Of a stretch of DNA of 64,000 nt, positions 40,300 to 54,453 are shown in pieces. The stretch comes from Octopus sinensis. Its lineage: Eukaryota. A model generated the notes under the pieces. It worked only from the letters and a program-made list of their open reading frames with translations, was not told where the DNA came from and did no database searches. The stretch is taken from NCBI RefSeq assembly GCF_006345805.1, contig NC_042998.1:71982001-72046000 (forward strand). Reading direction: 5' to 3'. Positions within the stretch are counted from its first letter, which is position 1. Every line of letters starts with the position of its first letter. The translations under genes were made by a program, and so were the position numbers.

Positions 40300-41330
40300 A
40301 ACACTGAGTAGGTTTAAAGGCTTTTGCACCCGCCTTTCTCACTAGTTATTCCCATATAGTCCATTAGATCGTCTAAGATACCGTTCCAGGTCCCTACTAA
40401 CACTAAGGAGCAGGACATTCTTACAAAGGTCTCTACACGCCTGAAGAACTTTGACCGACCCTGTCCACTCGAGCATAGACCGCTATTAGTCTGAAAGTGT
40501 AGCCCAGCATCGCACACCTACCCTGCGGGTCTATGAAGATGGCTTGTATTGCGAGGTTCAAGCCTCTCCGAAACAACACGGCAACACCGTCTCCCTCTCA
40601 TGGCCGGTTTGGAGATAAGTATGTGGCGTAGCTATTGAGGAAGGGAGCGAGAACCGGTGCCTCGGTGAGTCTCGCCTCACTGATGGCCACTACATCCAAT
40701 CGTAGGGATGTGAGGTCGCTGAGGAGGTAATTTTGTTTTCAGCGACCTCTCAGTCACCGCGCATTCGCACTGTCTATTCTGAGCGCAACCAGAGAGAAAA
40801 AAAAAACACTTACGTATAGGTATCACAGGTCACACCGTCGGTCGTTTTTTGTATATATTTTTTTTCTTTTATGGCAGTCCAGTATTTTCCGAATGCCTTC
40901 TTCTGGGATTCTTGCTCAATTTCAATAGGCGTATGCAGGGTGATAATTCTCTCTTCCTTCTTCAAGAGACCTTTCGCTTTCTCCAACAGTCATTATGTAA
41001 TTCGGTATTTTCCAAGTGGTTGCAGGCTGAAGCGAACCTTCTTCGACCTGCTTCTCTGGCGTACGAAGAAATCTCTATTTTCTTCTCATCATTTTCCTAT
41101 CTTGTTTCTTTCCTTCTTTCTTCTTCTCTTTCTTCTTTTCTTCTTTTTTCTGTTCCGTTTTTTCTCCTTGTTCCTGTGTAGGAACAATAGTAGTGGTGAG
41201 GGCGGGGAAGTCTTCGTTAAGCTTGCTGTTCAACCTCCAATCCTCACTCTATCGCTCGGTCGCTATTATTTTTGGTAAAACTTTCGAAGAAATTCCTCGA
41301 TGTAATTCGCCTATCTAGCCCCCAAAAGGG
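40300..41330 (-). mobile_element. Tx1/L1-clade LINE fragment (end of ORF1 and AP endonuclease)
   Basis: Minus strand: MRG(L)RGR...LDVVAISEARL...GVAVLFRRGL...DPQGR...FRLIAVYA...LVLVGTWNGILD, preceded by a Lys/Glu-rich ORF1 tail. Confidence 0.75.
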
Positions 41331-41492
41331 GACTTATTTTTTTAAACAAAAACTAGCTCCCTAGGAGAGAAGCTGCCTTATAGCACGAATTGAACAATAA
41401 AAACAAGAGTTCAACTATTTGTTACAAGAAAACCAAAGAATTATGGAGCTCAAAACGTATGACCTACCACGAGGAACCTATGTTCCGACTTA

Positions 41493-41635
<143 letters not shown>

Positions 41636-41838
41636 GGTTTCAAATTTTGCCAAAAGGACAGCAATTTTGGGGTAGGTGATGAGTCGATTACATTGATACC
41701 AGTATTTAAGTGGGTCTTATTTTATGGAATCCGACAGGTTGAAAGATAAATTCGACCTCGGCGGAATTTAAAGGGGAAAATACCGCTAAGATAATAATAA
41801 TAATAATATAATAATATAATAATAATGATAATAATAAT

Positions 41839-42300
41839 TCTGCTCAATACCACAGATTTGCTTGTCAGTTGTTTGACCTTAACCAGTTGAGCATGTCCCT
41901 TAGTGGCTGACGATATGTGCATCTCTGATCACGAGCAGAAGTAGTGGGGGAGCACCATAGCCATGTGTTGAGAGGGATTCTTTGGGGTTTGAATAATTCA
42001 CCTCTGGAAACATAGGTGGTTCTTTCAACATCCTTAAACAACCCTTATTCAGGGACCTTTTGAGCGGGATGGGCTACTCAACCTGAAGAAAATTCTAACT
42101 GGGCCCCACCTGCAAGGTCATGATCTGTTTATCTTGATATGAGATCACCATGTCGCGCACATATGGTTGTGATGCATGTGCCTGGTGTACCCTTATCAGA
42201 CGGGTAGTCATGATGGGTATATTGGGCTTCGTATATTTTACCTCAGTGTCACTTTGATGGCATGCACTGCTCTCTCACTCAATAATAATAATAATAATAA
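41839..42300 (+). mobile_element. Retroposon 3' end with (AAT)n tail
   Basis: Partial copies at ~34768-34830 (minus) and ~42355-42440; ends ctctctcactc(aat)n. Confidence 0.6.
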
Positions 42301-42451
42301 TAATAGTAATATAATAAAATAATAATAATAATATAATAATAATAATAATCAGACGTTTAGTCATGAGGGTATATTGTGTTTGCATATTTGTACGCCAGTG
42401 TCACTTTGAAGGCATGCGCTGCTCTTTCTCTTAATAATAGTATCTTAGTAA

Positions 42452-43030
42452 GGCGGCGAGCTGGCAGTAACGTTAGCACGCCGGACGAAATGCATAGCTG
42501 TATTTCGTCTGCCGTTACGTTCTGAGTTCAAATTCCGCCGAGGTCGACTTTGCCTTTCATCCTTTCGGGGTCGATAAATTAATTACCAGTTAAGCACTGG
42601 GGTCGGCATTATCCACTTAATCTGTTTGTCTGTCCTTGTTTTTCCTCTCTGTGTTTAGCCCCTTGTGGGTAGTAAAGAAATAGGTATGCCGTCTGCCGTT
42701 ACGTTCTGGGTTCAAATTCCGCCGACGTCGACTTTGCCTTTCATCGTTTCGGTGTCGATTAAATAAGTACCAGTTACGCACTGGGGTCGATGTAATCGAA
42801 CTTACTCCGTGTATTTGTCTTTGTTTGTCCCCTCTGTGTTTAGCCCCTTGTGTGTAGTAAAGAAATAGGTATTTCGCTTGTATTTATCTTCTGAGTTCAG
42901 ATTCCGACCAGGTCGACTTTGCCTTTCGTCCTTTCGAGGTCGCTAAATTAAATAACAGTTGTATACTGGGGTCGATCTAATCGACTGGCCCATCCCCCAA
43001 AATTTCGGGCCTTGTCCCGAGAGTAGAACA
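42452..43030 (+). mobile_element. SINE family C with three internal ~184-bp units and a 10-bp TSD
   Basis: Units at ~42500, ~42684 and ~42868. agtatcttag on both flanks (42439-42448 and 43038-43047). Confidence 0.85.
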
Positions 43031-43161
43031 GGAAAGCAGTATCTTAGCCTATCGGTTTATCTGACCCTCAGTCTGTGTCTCTTTACAGGAAATTATATGT
43101 ACTTTACAGGAAACATATGTTTCCTGTATACCCATATATAAATAACTACATATATATATAT

Positions 43162-43242
<81 letters not shown>

Positions 43243-43799
43243 AGTAGTTTACACGAATTTGTTTCTGGAGGGCATGAAATTTTCACTTTATTCTGCATTA
43301 CACATCATTCTATATAGACCATTAGGGGACTAAATGCTTTAGAAGTATAACTATATATACATACATATATGAATATATGCATGCATAGGTATGTCTGCCC
43401 GTCTGTGTGTGTTTAAGTGTGTGTGTGTGTGTATGTGTGTATACAGTGTTTTGTTTCATTCTTGATTATTTCAATTTTAAGGTAAATATTTTCATCATCG
43501 ATTCAAATTAAACAGAAAAACAATACAAGTTTAAGAACTTGTCACCAAGAATACGTTGCTGTACCTTTACGATGGTTTCTCTCCATTATCGACAGTTGTT
43601 CGTTGAGCAAATCTTAGAAAGTCCGTCAAAACGAACATCGAAATTGGTTTTCTTCTTCCAAGAATAATATGAATGCTTCACGTGCATATACACACATATG
43701 CATGCGCGCAAATATATGCGTGTGTGTGTGTGTGCGTGCGTGTGCATATCTATAAAGACACATATCTACATATATATAGCATATTCAAATACATGTCTG

Positions 43800-43843
<44 letters not shown>

Positions 43844-44778
43844 TAGATACACACACACAGATATATATGCGTGTGTATATATATATATATAATATATATA
43901 TATATATATAGTATGCATATATATAATATATTCACTTATATGTCACTATATATATACATATATATATACACTCACACACATGCACACACATATGTGTATG
44001 TATATGTATATAGTGCGTATGTATATAGTTTATATATTAAGGAAGTCATGAAAGATTGGCAACTGAAAGTTGCATATCGTCATTAAATATAGATTTTTTA
44101 GTCTGGCCCTTGAAGAATGATATTTCAGGTAGATGCTTAAATCGTTCGTAATTTAGAAAGACATTAGTATGTACTCTTGTGTATGTATGTGTTTGTGAAT
44201 GAACAATTTACAATAATCTTTCATCCAAGATTTTATATTCTGTATCAGAAGTCATTCCACGAAGATACATAGATAAGTTTTTATGCAACTAAGAACAAAT
44301 ATCGATGTCTATGTTAGAAAACTTAACTTCCCTCGTGTTAGTTAATTCTTGGTTGTTATATTGCGAAACGTAAAAATATTCTATTTTCTGTATTATATAG
44401 CCAGAAAAAAAGTATTTATGTTTATAGCAAATTATTGCTGATATGCAACATTGCATTATACGCATTTATGGTATATACAAATATCGAATGATGAACAGAA
44501 GTTTGCATTTGGATATCCAGGTCCGTTAAAAGCATTAAAAATTGCATTTATTTAACATGTGATTTTGTAAATTCTAGAGCAACTTATTTTCTGGTTTTCA
44601 ACAGAAATACATTTGATCTTCATATAATCTTCATATATGAATCATGTCGTACTCCTGTAATTCAGAAAAAGTTTATATTTTGAAACCGTCATTAACTGCT
44701 GCATTCTTATTCAGCAAGAAGTTAGAAAATACATTATATAATCAAACCATCAATATTACTGAACGCATTTAAACTTAC

Positions 44779-44818
44779 CGACAGCTCTTTTATAGTTTGA
44801 GTTTTCAGATTCATTTTT
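44779..44818 (-). CDS. Putative 40-nt exon of the same gene (KNESENSNYKRAV)
   Basis: ttttatttattccag|40 nt|gtaagt. Open frame, phase 0 to phase 1, fitting the 38063 exon. Inferred from splice signals and phase only. Confidence 0.55.
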
Positions 44819-47461
44819 CTGGAATAAATAAAATGATTTTAGTTTAATGGAAGAACGGTCATACTCAGTTTATGGAAGGAAATCTCGACTCATTAATGGA
44901 ACATATATACGGTACAGTGATCTCTTTGCCGCAACAGTAAAACCACTTCGAACTAACTGATTACTGCCGAATATAAAGAAATAATGCAATGCACAATGGA
45001 CTCATTTATATAAGAAAAGAGAAGATTTTTTTTGACAGTAAAACATTTCACAGTGTATATATTTACTGAGGATCGTGTTGGTACTAGAAGATTTTAAGGT
45101 TCATGATGGCAACAACTCTTAACACCATTAAACAACCATGAATATCAAACAGAAAATTAAAGTATGTTCAACATGTAAAAGGGATATTTGTAAACTATGA
45201 AACATAACGAATCACTAAGTAGCGGTAAAATTTATGCGTTAACTAAACAAAATTGCCCTATTATATTATTGAGAGCAACATTATGTTTCCAATCAGTGGA
45301 AAGCTACTAAACAGATCTACCGAAACCTTCTACTGCACTTGATTTTGCGTTGTTATGGTAGTTCCATATATTACAGTATTTTATTTGTATTCATTTCCAG
45401 GACAATGTTTTTTGCCTTCATCAATAGCGACTAATTGATAATGTTAGATATTTCTCTTGATTGTTACCATTGTAAAGAATCGTTAATAATAATTGTTAGC
45501 AATGATAATTATAGCCGTTTCATTCATCACTTTGTTTTCAATAAATGCTGTGTGTCTGTGTATCGATTTGCCGAGGAAATATAACTTTCGAAGGTCACTC
45601 GATCTTATTTAAAGAGGAGAATAACTGACAATTCTACTGATATTACAACAGTTTCATTCTAACTGATGGAGTAAACTAGCAATAATTTGATACGTACAGT
45701 TTCATTTTCATCGCGAACAGCACAACACAAATTGTCAACAGTGTATTGAGAATTATGCAAAAAATAAAGTAGTTTGTTAAGGGAAAATCGATAGAGAATT
45801 AACCTTCTAAATAACTATTTGTAATTCTAGATTTACATGTTCTATGTTGCAGCACAGATATTTGAGCATGTAGGTTCACTTATTCTGAAGTTTATATATT
45901 GTATATGTATCACTGACATACGTGTTCATGGAAGCAATTGAATAGAAATAAGGTAATTTGTTTTTATGTATCCAAAAATATTAACGCAATAACAAATGCT
46001 GAAGAAAGGTAACTGATATGAATATAAAACATGTTTAGGAAGAGTGTTCAAAGAGTAAAAATTTCATTCTAAAATGGAGGGTAAATGCTTTTCGGAATAA
46101 CGATGAATTATTTTGTTAATGCAAATTAAAATCGAGGATGTAAAATTGGTTTACTTGTATGAGAAACTTGGGAGTGTTGAGCCACAAGGAGAGTTGAGAC
46201 AACAATTTTCCCTAAATGTATAAATTATAAAATGTAATTACTGCTACCTATTTGAAGCACTTCTAGAAATGTTTCTGCGGATCTAATACATTTAATATGC
46301 GTAGGCAGTTTATACAGTTATGCTTTGAAAATATTAATTTTTACATGAAAATATTAAAGTTGGGCTTCAAGGTAGGCATGTTCATGTTTCTGTAGTAGTA
46401 TGTAGCATTCTAATTGAATGCATTCTGTCATATAACTATATCAGTTCTCTATCACACTAACCGTTAAAAAAAACCGGTTTGACTAACATTACAGTCACAA
46501 TAGTGCATGAAGTTATGATGAAGGAAATAGGAAGAGTTGGGGCAGCTATGTATGGGAGAGTTTGAGAAGTGTCCCAACTCTCCCTTTATAAATGCATGAT
46601 GCAAAAACAATTCTAACCTGCTAATTTTATATCTTCCTGTGAAAACAGAACAAAAACCTCTGGTAGATGTTGATGAGCTGTGTTTACTTTCTAGCCTTTA
46701 ATAGGGCTTCAATTGAACAGAAATTTTGATCTACCTGCCTTTATACTGGCTAAAATTTGCACATATATTGTCTTTTTCAGATGCCTCAGAAATATGGCTG
46801 GATGACCAATCGTGGGGCTGCATGATGTTAAAACGACCTGGATCCGTTGAGTTGAATCAGTTCTGTTTTCGTGTTGCAAATTGATGCGAGCATGATTTTC
46901 ATAGGATTGGTGGCATGAGGACCAGGATTTGGGTGAATTTTAAAGTTGATGCCAATATCATTTGAGCGGGGCTGTTGGAATATTTCCCACATACAAATGG
47001 CATAGCGCCCTCGGCAGCGTTGGCCGGAATAGACCTAGAATTTAGGAGATTATCCTAATAATAATCAAGATCTGTCATCCTTTTAGAACCGGGAGTTTGA
47101 TTTAAACATAATTATAGATTAGCTACAATGGCGTTTCTGGCGTAATAGTTACCATAAATAAGGAAATCGTCCTACAGATGATTCTACGATATCAGTGCAT
47201 TTGGTGCTTATCTCAATGAACTAAAAATTCCATATAAAAGCCAACTAGCCGTCTTCAGAGAGGAAGAGGTAAGGAATATCCATATTAAAGAATATTATTA
47301 GTTTCCAGTTCCATTGACGAAGAGAGAGTGAGGTAGATTATGAGAGGAAGACTTGTGAAAAGTATAGGACAGTATAAAAAGTAAGCATAAAGGAATGCAC
47401 GAAAATACATACGGTTAAATTGTACCGAAAAGACATACATAACTTAAGAGTTAGAGGGACA

Positions 47462-47664
47462 TACGAGGGTGTTCTGAAAGGTTAATGGCTTTCATAGTGT
47501 CGCGAAAGGTGTTGGCATCAAATTTTCCGAGTTCTTTTATAGGGCTTAGAAAAAGTAAAGGACCACTGCAATAATTGTGTGAATCTGATAGGGGAATATG
47601 TTGAATAAATTCATGCTCTATTTGCTTTAACCCAAAGCGAAAAACTGTTCAGCACACCATAGTA
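47462..47664. mobile_element. Mariner-type MITE
   Basis: tacgagggtgttctgaaaggtt ... aaactgttcagcacaccatagta, TA-flanked. Confidence 0.65.
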
Positions 47665-48867
47665 TATATACAAATGCACTTTGTATATAGAAGTATATAA
47701 GCGCAAAATACCAAAAGAAAAAAATATATATATGGAAATTTCAGAAATTTCTGTTTATCATAACATTCATAATTTGAAACTGGAATATGTAAAATATCTT
47801 GGCTATGCACCCAGTAAACGATTATATAGAGGCATTACAATGATCAGGCCCCTTATCAAGAGAAATTTGGCAATACTGGTTCATATAGTAGTGCCAGAGA
47901 TGTAAACTACAGAATAGAAAGAGAAGGCAAGGAGAGGGAGGAGAATATATATGATGTAGAAAAGATGAAGAAAGGTAGAAATGTAGACATGAACAACTGA
48001 TGGAGGGAAGAGAATTTCTATGACGAAGGTGGTTTAAATAGACGTAGTATATATGAAGGAGACACAGGAAGATTAAAGCGATGTTAAGATCAGTGTGATG
48101 GAAGAGAGTGCCACTGGTGGTGAAAGGAATCTCACTAAGCAAACAATATATCTTTTACGGATTGCAAATGACTCTACAGAGAGACTGGAAGAGACAAGCA
48201 ATCAACGAAAGGAATAACAGTAGGGTTAGGAGAGGAGGAATGCATGTCAAGGTAAGGAGAATAAGGAAAAAAACGATGGAAACAGAAAATACTTCTAGCA
48301 TAGTTAAAGTATAAAGGCTCAATCGCAATTCGGGGAAATCAAAAGAATTTACGTAATGGGAACATGGGGAATAAAAGTTGAACTTACACGAGAGAGATTA
48401 TGTTAGTGAACCTAATGTGATGCGTGGTATTATTATAATAAAGAAAAGGTAGAGATTGCTTGAAATACAATTAACAGACATGGTAGTTAGTACTGTACGG
48501 GGAAGACACATAAACTACGGAGTAGGATAAATAATAGGGAATATCATTAGACTTCAGGTAGTCTATGTATGTACGCAAAGGAATAGAAAATTTAGAAGCT
48601 TCGTTTGAGAATTAATTCAGTTGAGCTCGGTAACGACGCTTGAAGCTGACAATGTAGGCCTTGTCTCGTGAAAACGAGGGCACATTGTTCGGCATTTATG
48701 CACGACAACCAAACGTAAACAAAATCCATCTAACGGGCATAACAAACTAAATAATTACAGTTTTCACAGCTAGAGGCCGACTTAGGTTCAATCCGTATTT
48801 TCAGCTGATGTATTTGATAAGTTATCCCCGAATTAGTAGATGTGTTATTGTTACTATATATATATGT

Positions 48868-49208
48868 TCTTTTCTTCTTTTATTTGTTTCAGTCATATCA
48901 TTGCGGCCATGTTGGAGCACCGGCTTTAGTCGAACAAATCGACCCACAACTTATTCTTTGTAAGCCTATCGGTCACTTTAGCCGAACCACCTGGGGACGT
49001 AAACACACCAACATCAGTTGTGAAGCGATGGCGGGGCGACACACACACACATACACACATATACGACGGGTTTCTTTCTGTTTCCATCTACCAAATCCAC
49101 TCACAAGGCTTTGGTCGGCCCGAGGATATGGCCGGAGATATTTGCCCAATATGCCACGCAGTTGGACTGAACCTGGAACCTACTTACCATAGAGCCACTC
49201 CTGCGCCT
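48868..49208 (-). mobile_element. SINE family A
   Basis: Reverse complement begins taggcgcaggagtggctctatggtaag; tail ...aatgatatgactgaaacaaataaaag. Confidence 0.8.
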
Positions 49209-49224
49209 ACAAACACACACACAC

Positions 49225-49263
<39 letters not shown>

Positions 49264-49267
49264 TACA

Positions 49268-49348
<81 letters not shown>

Positions 49349-49379
49349 AACAGGAACGAAGATGCTACTGTCTTACAAT

Positions 49380-49700
49380 TGGGTACATTTTAATTTTCCC
49401 TTTACGTGTTTCAGTTTTTGAAAAAACTTAACAAAAATATGAACTAAAATGTGCTGTTGAATATAGTGTTGAAGGCCTCATTGTTTTGTGGGTTTTGTGT
49501 GGAAATGTAAAGGCAGTGTTTTCATTTTTCTTCCTTCTTTAGTCTTGGTTGTCTAAGTTCTTGTTTATATAATTTAAGTACTCATTGGATCGTATTGTCG
49601 ATTAAGGGTTTGGGGTAATTCTTGTTTATTAGTGTGGTTTTCAATTCCTGGAGTCTTGTGTAATGGCTGCCTTTGTCTGAATATGCACAATAGTATCCGG
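49380..49700 (-). mobile_element. PLE RT thumb fragment (same family as 32200-33290)
   Basis: TRLQELKTTLINKNYPKPLIDNTIQ...YISTQNPQNNEAFNTI. Confidence 0.7.
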
Positions 49701-50689
49701 GAAGCCAACCAGGCAGAACGACAAACTTGGCTACCGGAAAAACAACACGCCACCAGTACTTTAACGAATGAAGTATCACATCAAGGAAAAAAATTATAAA
49801 TTCATCGGATTCCAAAACACACCACGAGAAGCGAAAGTTCCTACATACGACGGATAGGAGATCAGAGAAACTGTAAACCAAACCCCTTTTCTTAGTATCT
49901 TCATTTCTCTCTTTTCTGCACCCCCCCGCCCCATAACTCAGAATGACTGAAACTTTGATGATATTCATTTCTTGTCGATCACTACTAACACAAATGAGCT
50001 TTGTACATTCAAACAAATTCATGCATAGTTTTAATATTATTCACGGTTATGAACGTGTAAATGTGTCAACATCGACATTTCTGAATATGTCTTTCTAATT
50101 CATAATTATAAATTTGTCGCTTATGAACATTTTGATATGTCAACATTGAAACTTTCAAAGATGATTTTTTCTAATTCATAATTTAAAATTTATACCATTG
50201 ATAAACGAAAACATATTGTTGAAACCAGTTTCGTATATATGTAAATAAATTTATTTTAAACGATTACAAGTTTATCAAATTTAGGTGCATTTTCAAAAGA
50301 ATTGTCTAGATATGTATATATATGTATGTATGTATTAATATCTATTTATACAAATTTGGGAGTTGCGGTTCTATTGTTAAAATCCCAAATCCCTAATAAT
50401 ATTATAAATGATACTGTTTACATTATATTAGTAAAGTGTAAAATAGTAAATGTCCTGATAACCTACAATACTTATTATTCCCTAAGATTTAAAAAATATT
50501 CATATATTAATATATATTATATGTTCGTTGAATATATATATATATATATATATACATACATACCTATGGGCGACCCCTTCTGCCGTGAATGACTATGGGA
50601 TTCCACCTAGAAAGTTACGCTGCAAGGCACAAGTCCAGGCAAGGTTCTTTATGGAAGACTAACACTCGCCCATGTATACAAGCGTCTCC

Positions 50690-50860
50690 ACTTCACGATA
50701 CCGATGTTATCCAAGTTAAAGGCAAAGGCCGATACAGCTTGGCACCAGTGACGTCGTAACTCACTTCTACAGCTGTGTGAACTGGAGCAACAGGAAATAA
50801 AGTGACTTGCAACCTCACTATCGTAAGCTCGATGCTCTTACCACTGGGCCATGCACATTC
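50690..50860 (-). mobile_element. SINE fragment (family also at 26065-26210)
   Basis: gcttggcaccagtgacgtcgtaactcacttctacagctgtgtgaactggagcaac...ctcttaccactgggccatgc. Confidence 0.55.
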
Positions 50861-50866
50861 ACATAT

Positions 50867-50931
<65 letters not shown>

Positions 50932-51598
50932 ATATATATATGTATTTATATGCCCATATAAATGTGTATATAATACGTAGAGAGAGAGAGAGAGAGAGAG
51001 AGATAGTGGGGAGAGACATACACACACAGACGGAAAGGAATAATAATAAAAAGATGCATTCTTAAATGCATAAGTATACGCAAAACATACTACATACAAT
51101 TTTTTTTCTGTGCCTGTACGTGAATATATCTCTGCGTGTATACTTATAGAGGGAGATTGTTAATATTTAAAAAAAAAATAAATGTTAATGTAAACAACAC
51201 AGCTACTGTATGAATAAATATTACAATTGTTGTTTTTTCACAAAACTTTGTTGTAAACAATGGACTGCCACAAGTTTATTATGAGAGAACGAAGCTTTCA
51301 TTCGAATTTTTTCTACTCAGTTCTGTTTATTGTTGCTTAAGTGATTGGAGACGTTCAAACATACATACGTACATATAAAGATACATGCATACATACGTAG
51401 ATACGTACAAGCATTACATACATACTTTCATACATACATACATACATACATACAAATCTGTTGGTATAAGCAAGGATACATATACATATGTTTGTGTATG
51501 TATATACAAACACACATAACACACACACACACACACACATATACAGGCACATACACAGACATATATATATATAATAGATACATATATACATATATACA

Positions 51599-51634
<36 letters not shown>

Positions 51635-51694
51635 TGTGTCTGTGTGTTTATGTATACATGTATATATATGCATGTGTATACATATATATGTATG

Positions 51695-51765
<71 letters not shown>

Positions 51766-51789
51766 TTGTATGTATATGTATATGTATAG

Positions 51790-52145
51790 AGCGACCATGT
51801 GGTAAGAACGCTTCTTTCCAACATCATGGTTCCGGGTTCAGACACCGTCAGAACATTACCTTGGAAGGTATTTTCAAGACATAAACAAACTGAAATTAGC
51901 CTGTCTTATGCATACGTATATATATATAGATTCTTGTTTTGTCCTTGCGTTTTCGCTTGTCCCACCCGCACAAGAGCTCTACAACATCTTTGTTGTGCTT
52001 ACGTCTCCTTAACCTATTGGGCACAAGATAGCAATACTATAAGTACAATAAACTGAAATGAAATATAATTACTACTGGAGTCGATTTGTTAGACTAAGCC
52101 CTTGAAGGAGATGCCCCAGTATGTCGCAGTTTAATGACTAACAAG
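51790..52145 (+). mobile_element. SINE family A-related, degenerate
   Basis: catgtggtaagaacgcttctttccaacatcatggttccgggttcag ... ggagtcgatttgttagactaagccc...gcagtttaatgactaac. Confidence 0.55.
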
Positions 52146-52377
52146 TACATAAGATACGCATACACATATGCACAAACAGGCATACACACACATATACATA
52201 TGCATATTTATATATATGCATGCTTATATAAATATATTTACATCTGTGTATGTGTGTGTGCTTGTTTGTGTCATATAAGTGTGTGTATGCATAATTATGT
52301 TCAATTTAAAAATATATTTCGAGAACTGATTCTCTACGATCATATTCTATATAAATAAGTATAAATAAATGACTTAC

Positions 52378-52536
52378 GGAGCCAATAGTACGTTTTTCTA
52401 GTTGGGTGATATGTACAGACTGAAATGCCAGAAGTATCAATAGCAAAATTGCATAGGCCCCAGTTGCCAAAACCGGAATATTTTGGTAAGTTAAGGCTTT
52501 ACTGACGTAGCTGCGAATCCCAGTCAAGTATCTCAT
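52378..52536 (-). CDS. Putative first coding exon (ATG 52536) with hydrophobic signal/anchor segment
   Basis: Long pyrimidine tract and cag acceptor (exon starts 52541), then aaaaaATG. Encodes MRYLTGIRSYVSKALTYQNIPVLATGAYAILLLILLAFQSVHITQLEKRTIGS. Donor tcc|gtaagt at phase 0, compatible with the 44818 exon. Linkage to the gene is inferred. Confidence 0.5.
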
Positions 52537-53617
52537 TTTTTCTGAATATTTTTGTAGCAAAAAAGGAAAAAAAAAAATGCAGAATTCTGTCTTCATAAAT
52601 GCAGATAACTGCGAGTAAACGAAAAGCAAAACGTGAGAAAGAGAGAGAAGACAAATGAGGGAGAGTAAGAGGAGGAATTTGATAGAATTGGGGTGAAATC
52701 TACACTGCCATACAGACGAAGTGGCATAAAAATAGTTTTTTCGGTAGTCAAGTTTTGAAGTCAACAAGTCTTGATAAAATCTTGTCCTTGAAGACTACTG
52801 CTGATTGTTGACAGCAGAACAGCGAAGTATTTATGCTGAAATGATATTTATTAAGTTTCATATTCCCAAAAAACATAGGAGTAAAAAGTACAAAGAGATC
52901 CTCTCCCTCTCTCTACTGCTTATGTGTATGTGTGTGTGTGTGTGTGTGTATGTGTGTGTTTGTGTGTAGATATATATATACGTATATTAGGTATATGATT
53001 GCTTACTGCCACGCACATATACGCTCACACTGTCTCTTTCTCTCATACATACATGCAAACGCACACACACATATGTTTATGTACGTATGTATACACAAGC
53101 ACACACAGACATAAAGCGTTTTGGCCATGAAGAAACGGCTTTGATTATGATTAAGTTAAAGTTTAATACAGGTTTCTAACCACCCCTGACTCTAAATTTG
53201 ATACATTGTCTGCTGAAGCTGATACTAAGGACGATAAACAATATAGATTAGACTGAAGATTAAGGGATGATTGAGATGAAATATTAATATCTACCGTGTC
53301 TGTTAGACCCTACTAACAGATGAAGCAGCTAATTCTACTAATGAAGGTTGTGAAATTAACGAAAAATGACATCCAATCATGTGACCAAACTGTTTCGATT
53401 GGGAATGTAGCAAGAAAAAAAATTCAAACGCTGGAAAATTGGTAGAGATAGATGAGCATTTTTTATTACTGGCATACACACCATACAGGTATTACCATCC
53501 AAAAATCAAAGCGATCTCTAAATCAGTAGACACTATATTGCAACACATACAAAATTGTAAACAAGTGCACATTCAATCAGCGAAGTCATCTGACCTTGGG
53601 CTAAAATTTGACACCAT

Positions 53618-53870
53618 TCTTCTTCTTTTTCTTCTTTTTTTCTTCTTCTTCTTCTTCTTCTTCTTCTTCTTCTTCTTCTTCTTCTTCTTCTTCTTCTTTT
53701 TCATCATCTTCTTCTTCTTCTTTTTCATCATCTTCTTCTTCTCTATTTCCTCCACCTCCTCCTCTTCTTCATCTTCATCTTCTTTTTCTTCTTCTTCTTC
53801 TTCATCATCTTCATCCTCCTCCTCTTCATCTTCATCATCTTCTTCTTCTTCTTCTTCTTCTTCTTCTAAT
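53618..53870. repeat. (TTC)n/(TCA)n/(TCC)n compound microsatellite
   Basis: Direct reading. Confidence 0.95.
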
Positions 53871-54280
53871 GGTTAATGTGGGTGAAAGGATTGAGAAAAG
53901 ATCACAGAACAACTGCTGGGCGAAGGCACGTGATTTGGTGGCCAAGGTAATCCTAGAAACTATGACGCACTGTGATTTGTCCTTGCTGACATTTTTCCAG
54001 TATCAGAATGAGCTGCGTCATTCAGGTTATAGATTGTAGACTATGTAGAATTCTATAGCATTTCTCGAAACGCGTACCTGATTAATCGAAGACTGGTTGA
54101 TTCCGCTATTTTATTCTTCTTTTTACCTATGTGAGTTACGAGTATTGCTGTCTGTAGAGTTATATTGTAGTTAAAGGAATGAGCTGTTTTGACTGTTGTG
54201 TCTAAATTTTCGGTATGTGGTGAAGCAACTTTTTGCTAAACCCTTAATGAGATATATATATATATATATATATAAATATG

Positions 54281-54362
<82 letters not shown>

Positions 54363-54453
54363 AAATAATAATAAGGGTAGAAATTGATGTTAATTAAAAT
54401 ATGTGGTTTAGCATATTTAAAACATCGAAAATTAAAAATTGTGATACATACAC

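Noticed and set aside
45459-45515. MKRL*LSLLTIINDSLQ as a signal-peptide exon
   Set aside because: In-frame TAA and phase incompatible with the 44818 exon.
52426-52492. Plus-strand open exon-like frame (TEMPEVSIAKLHRPQLPKPEYF|gtaagt)
   Set aside because: Weak acceptor, no partner exons, and antisense to the better-supported minus-strand exon.
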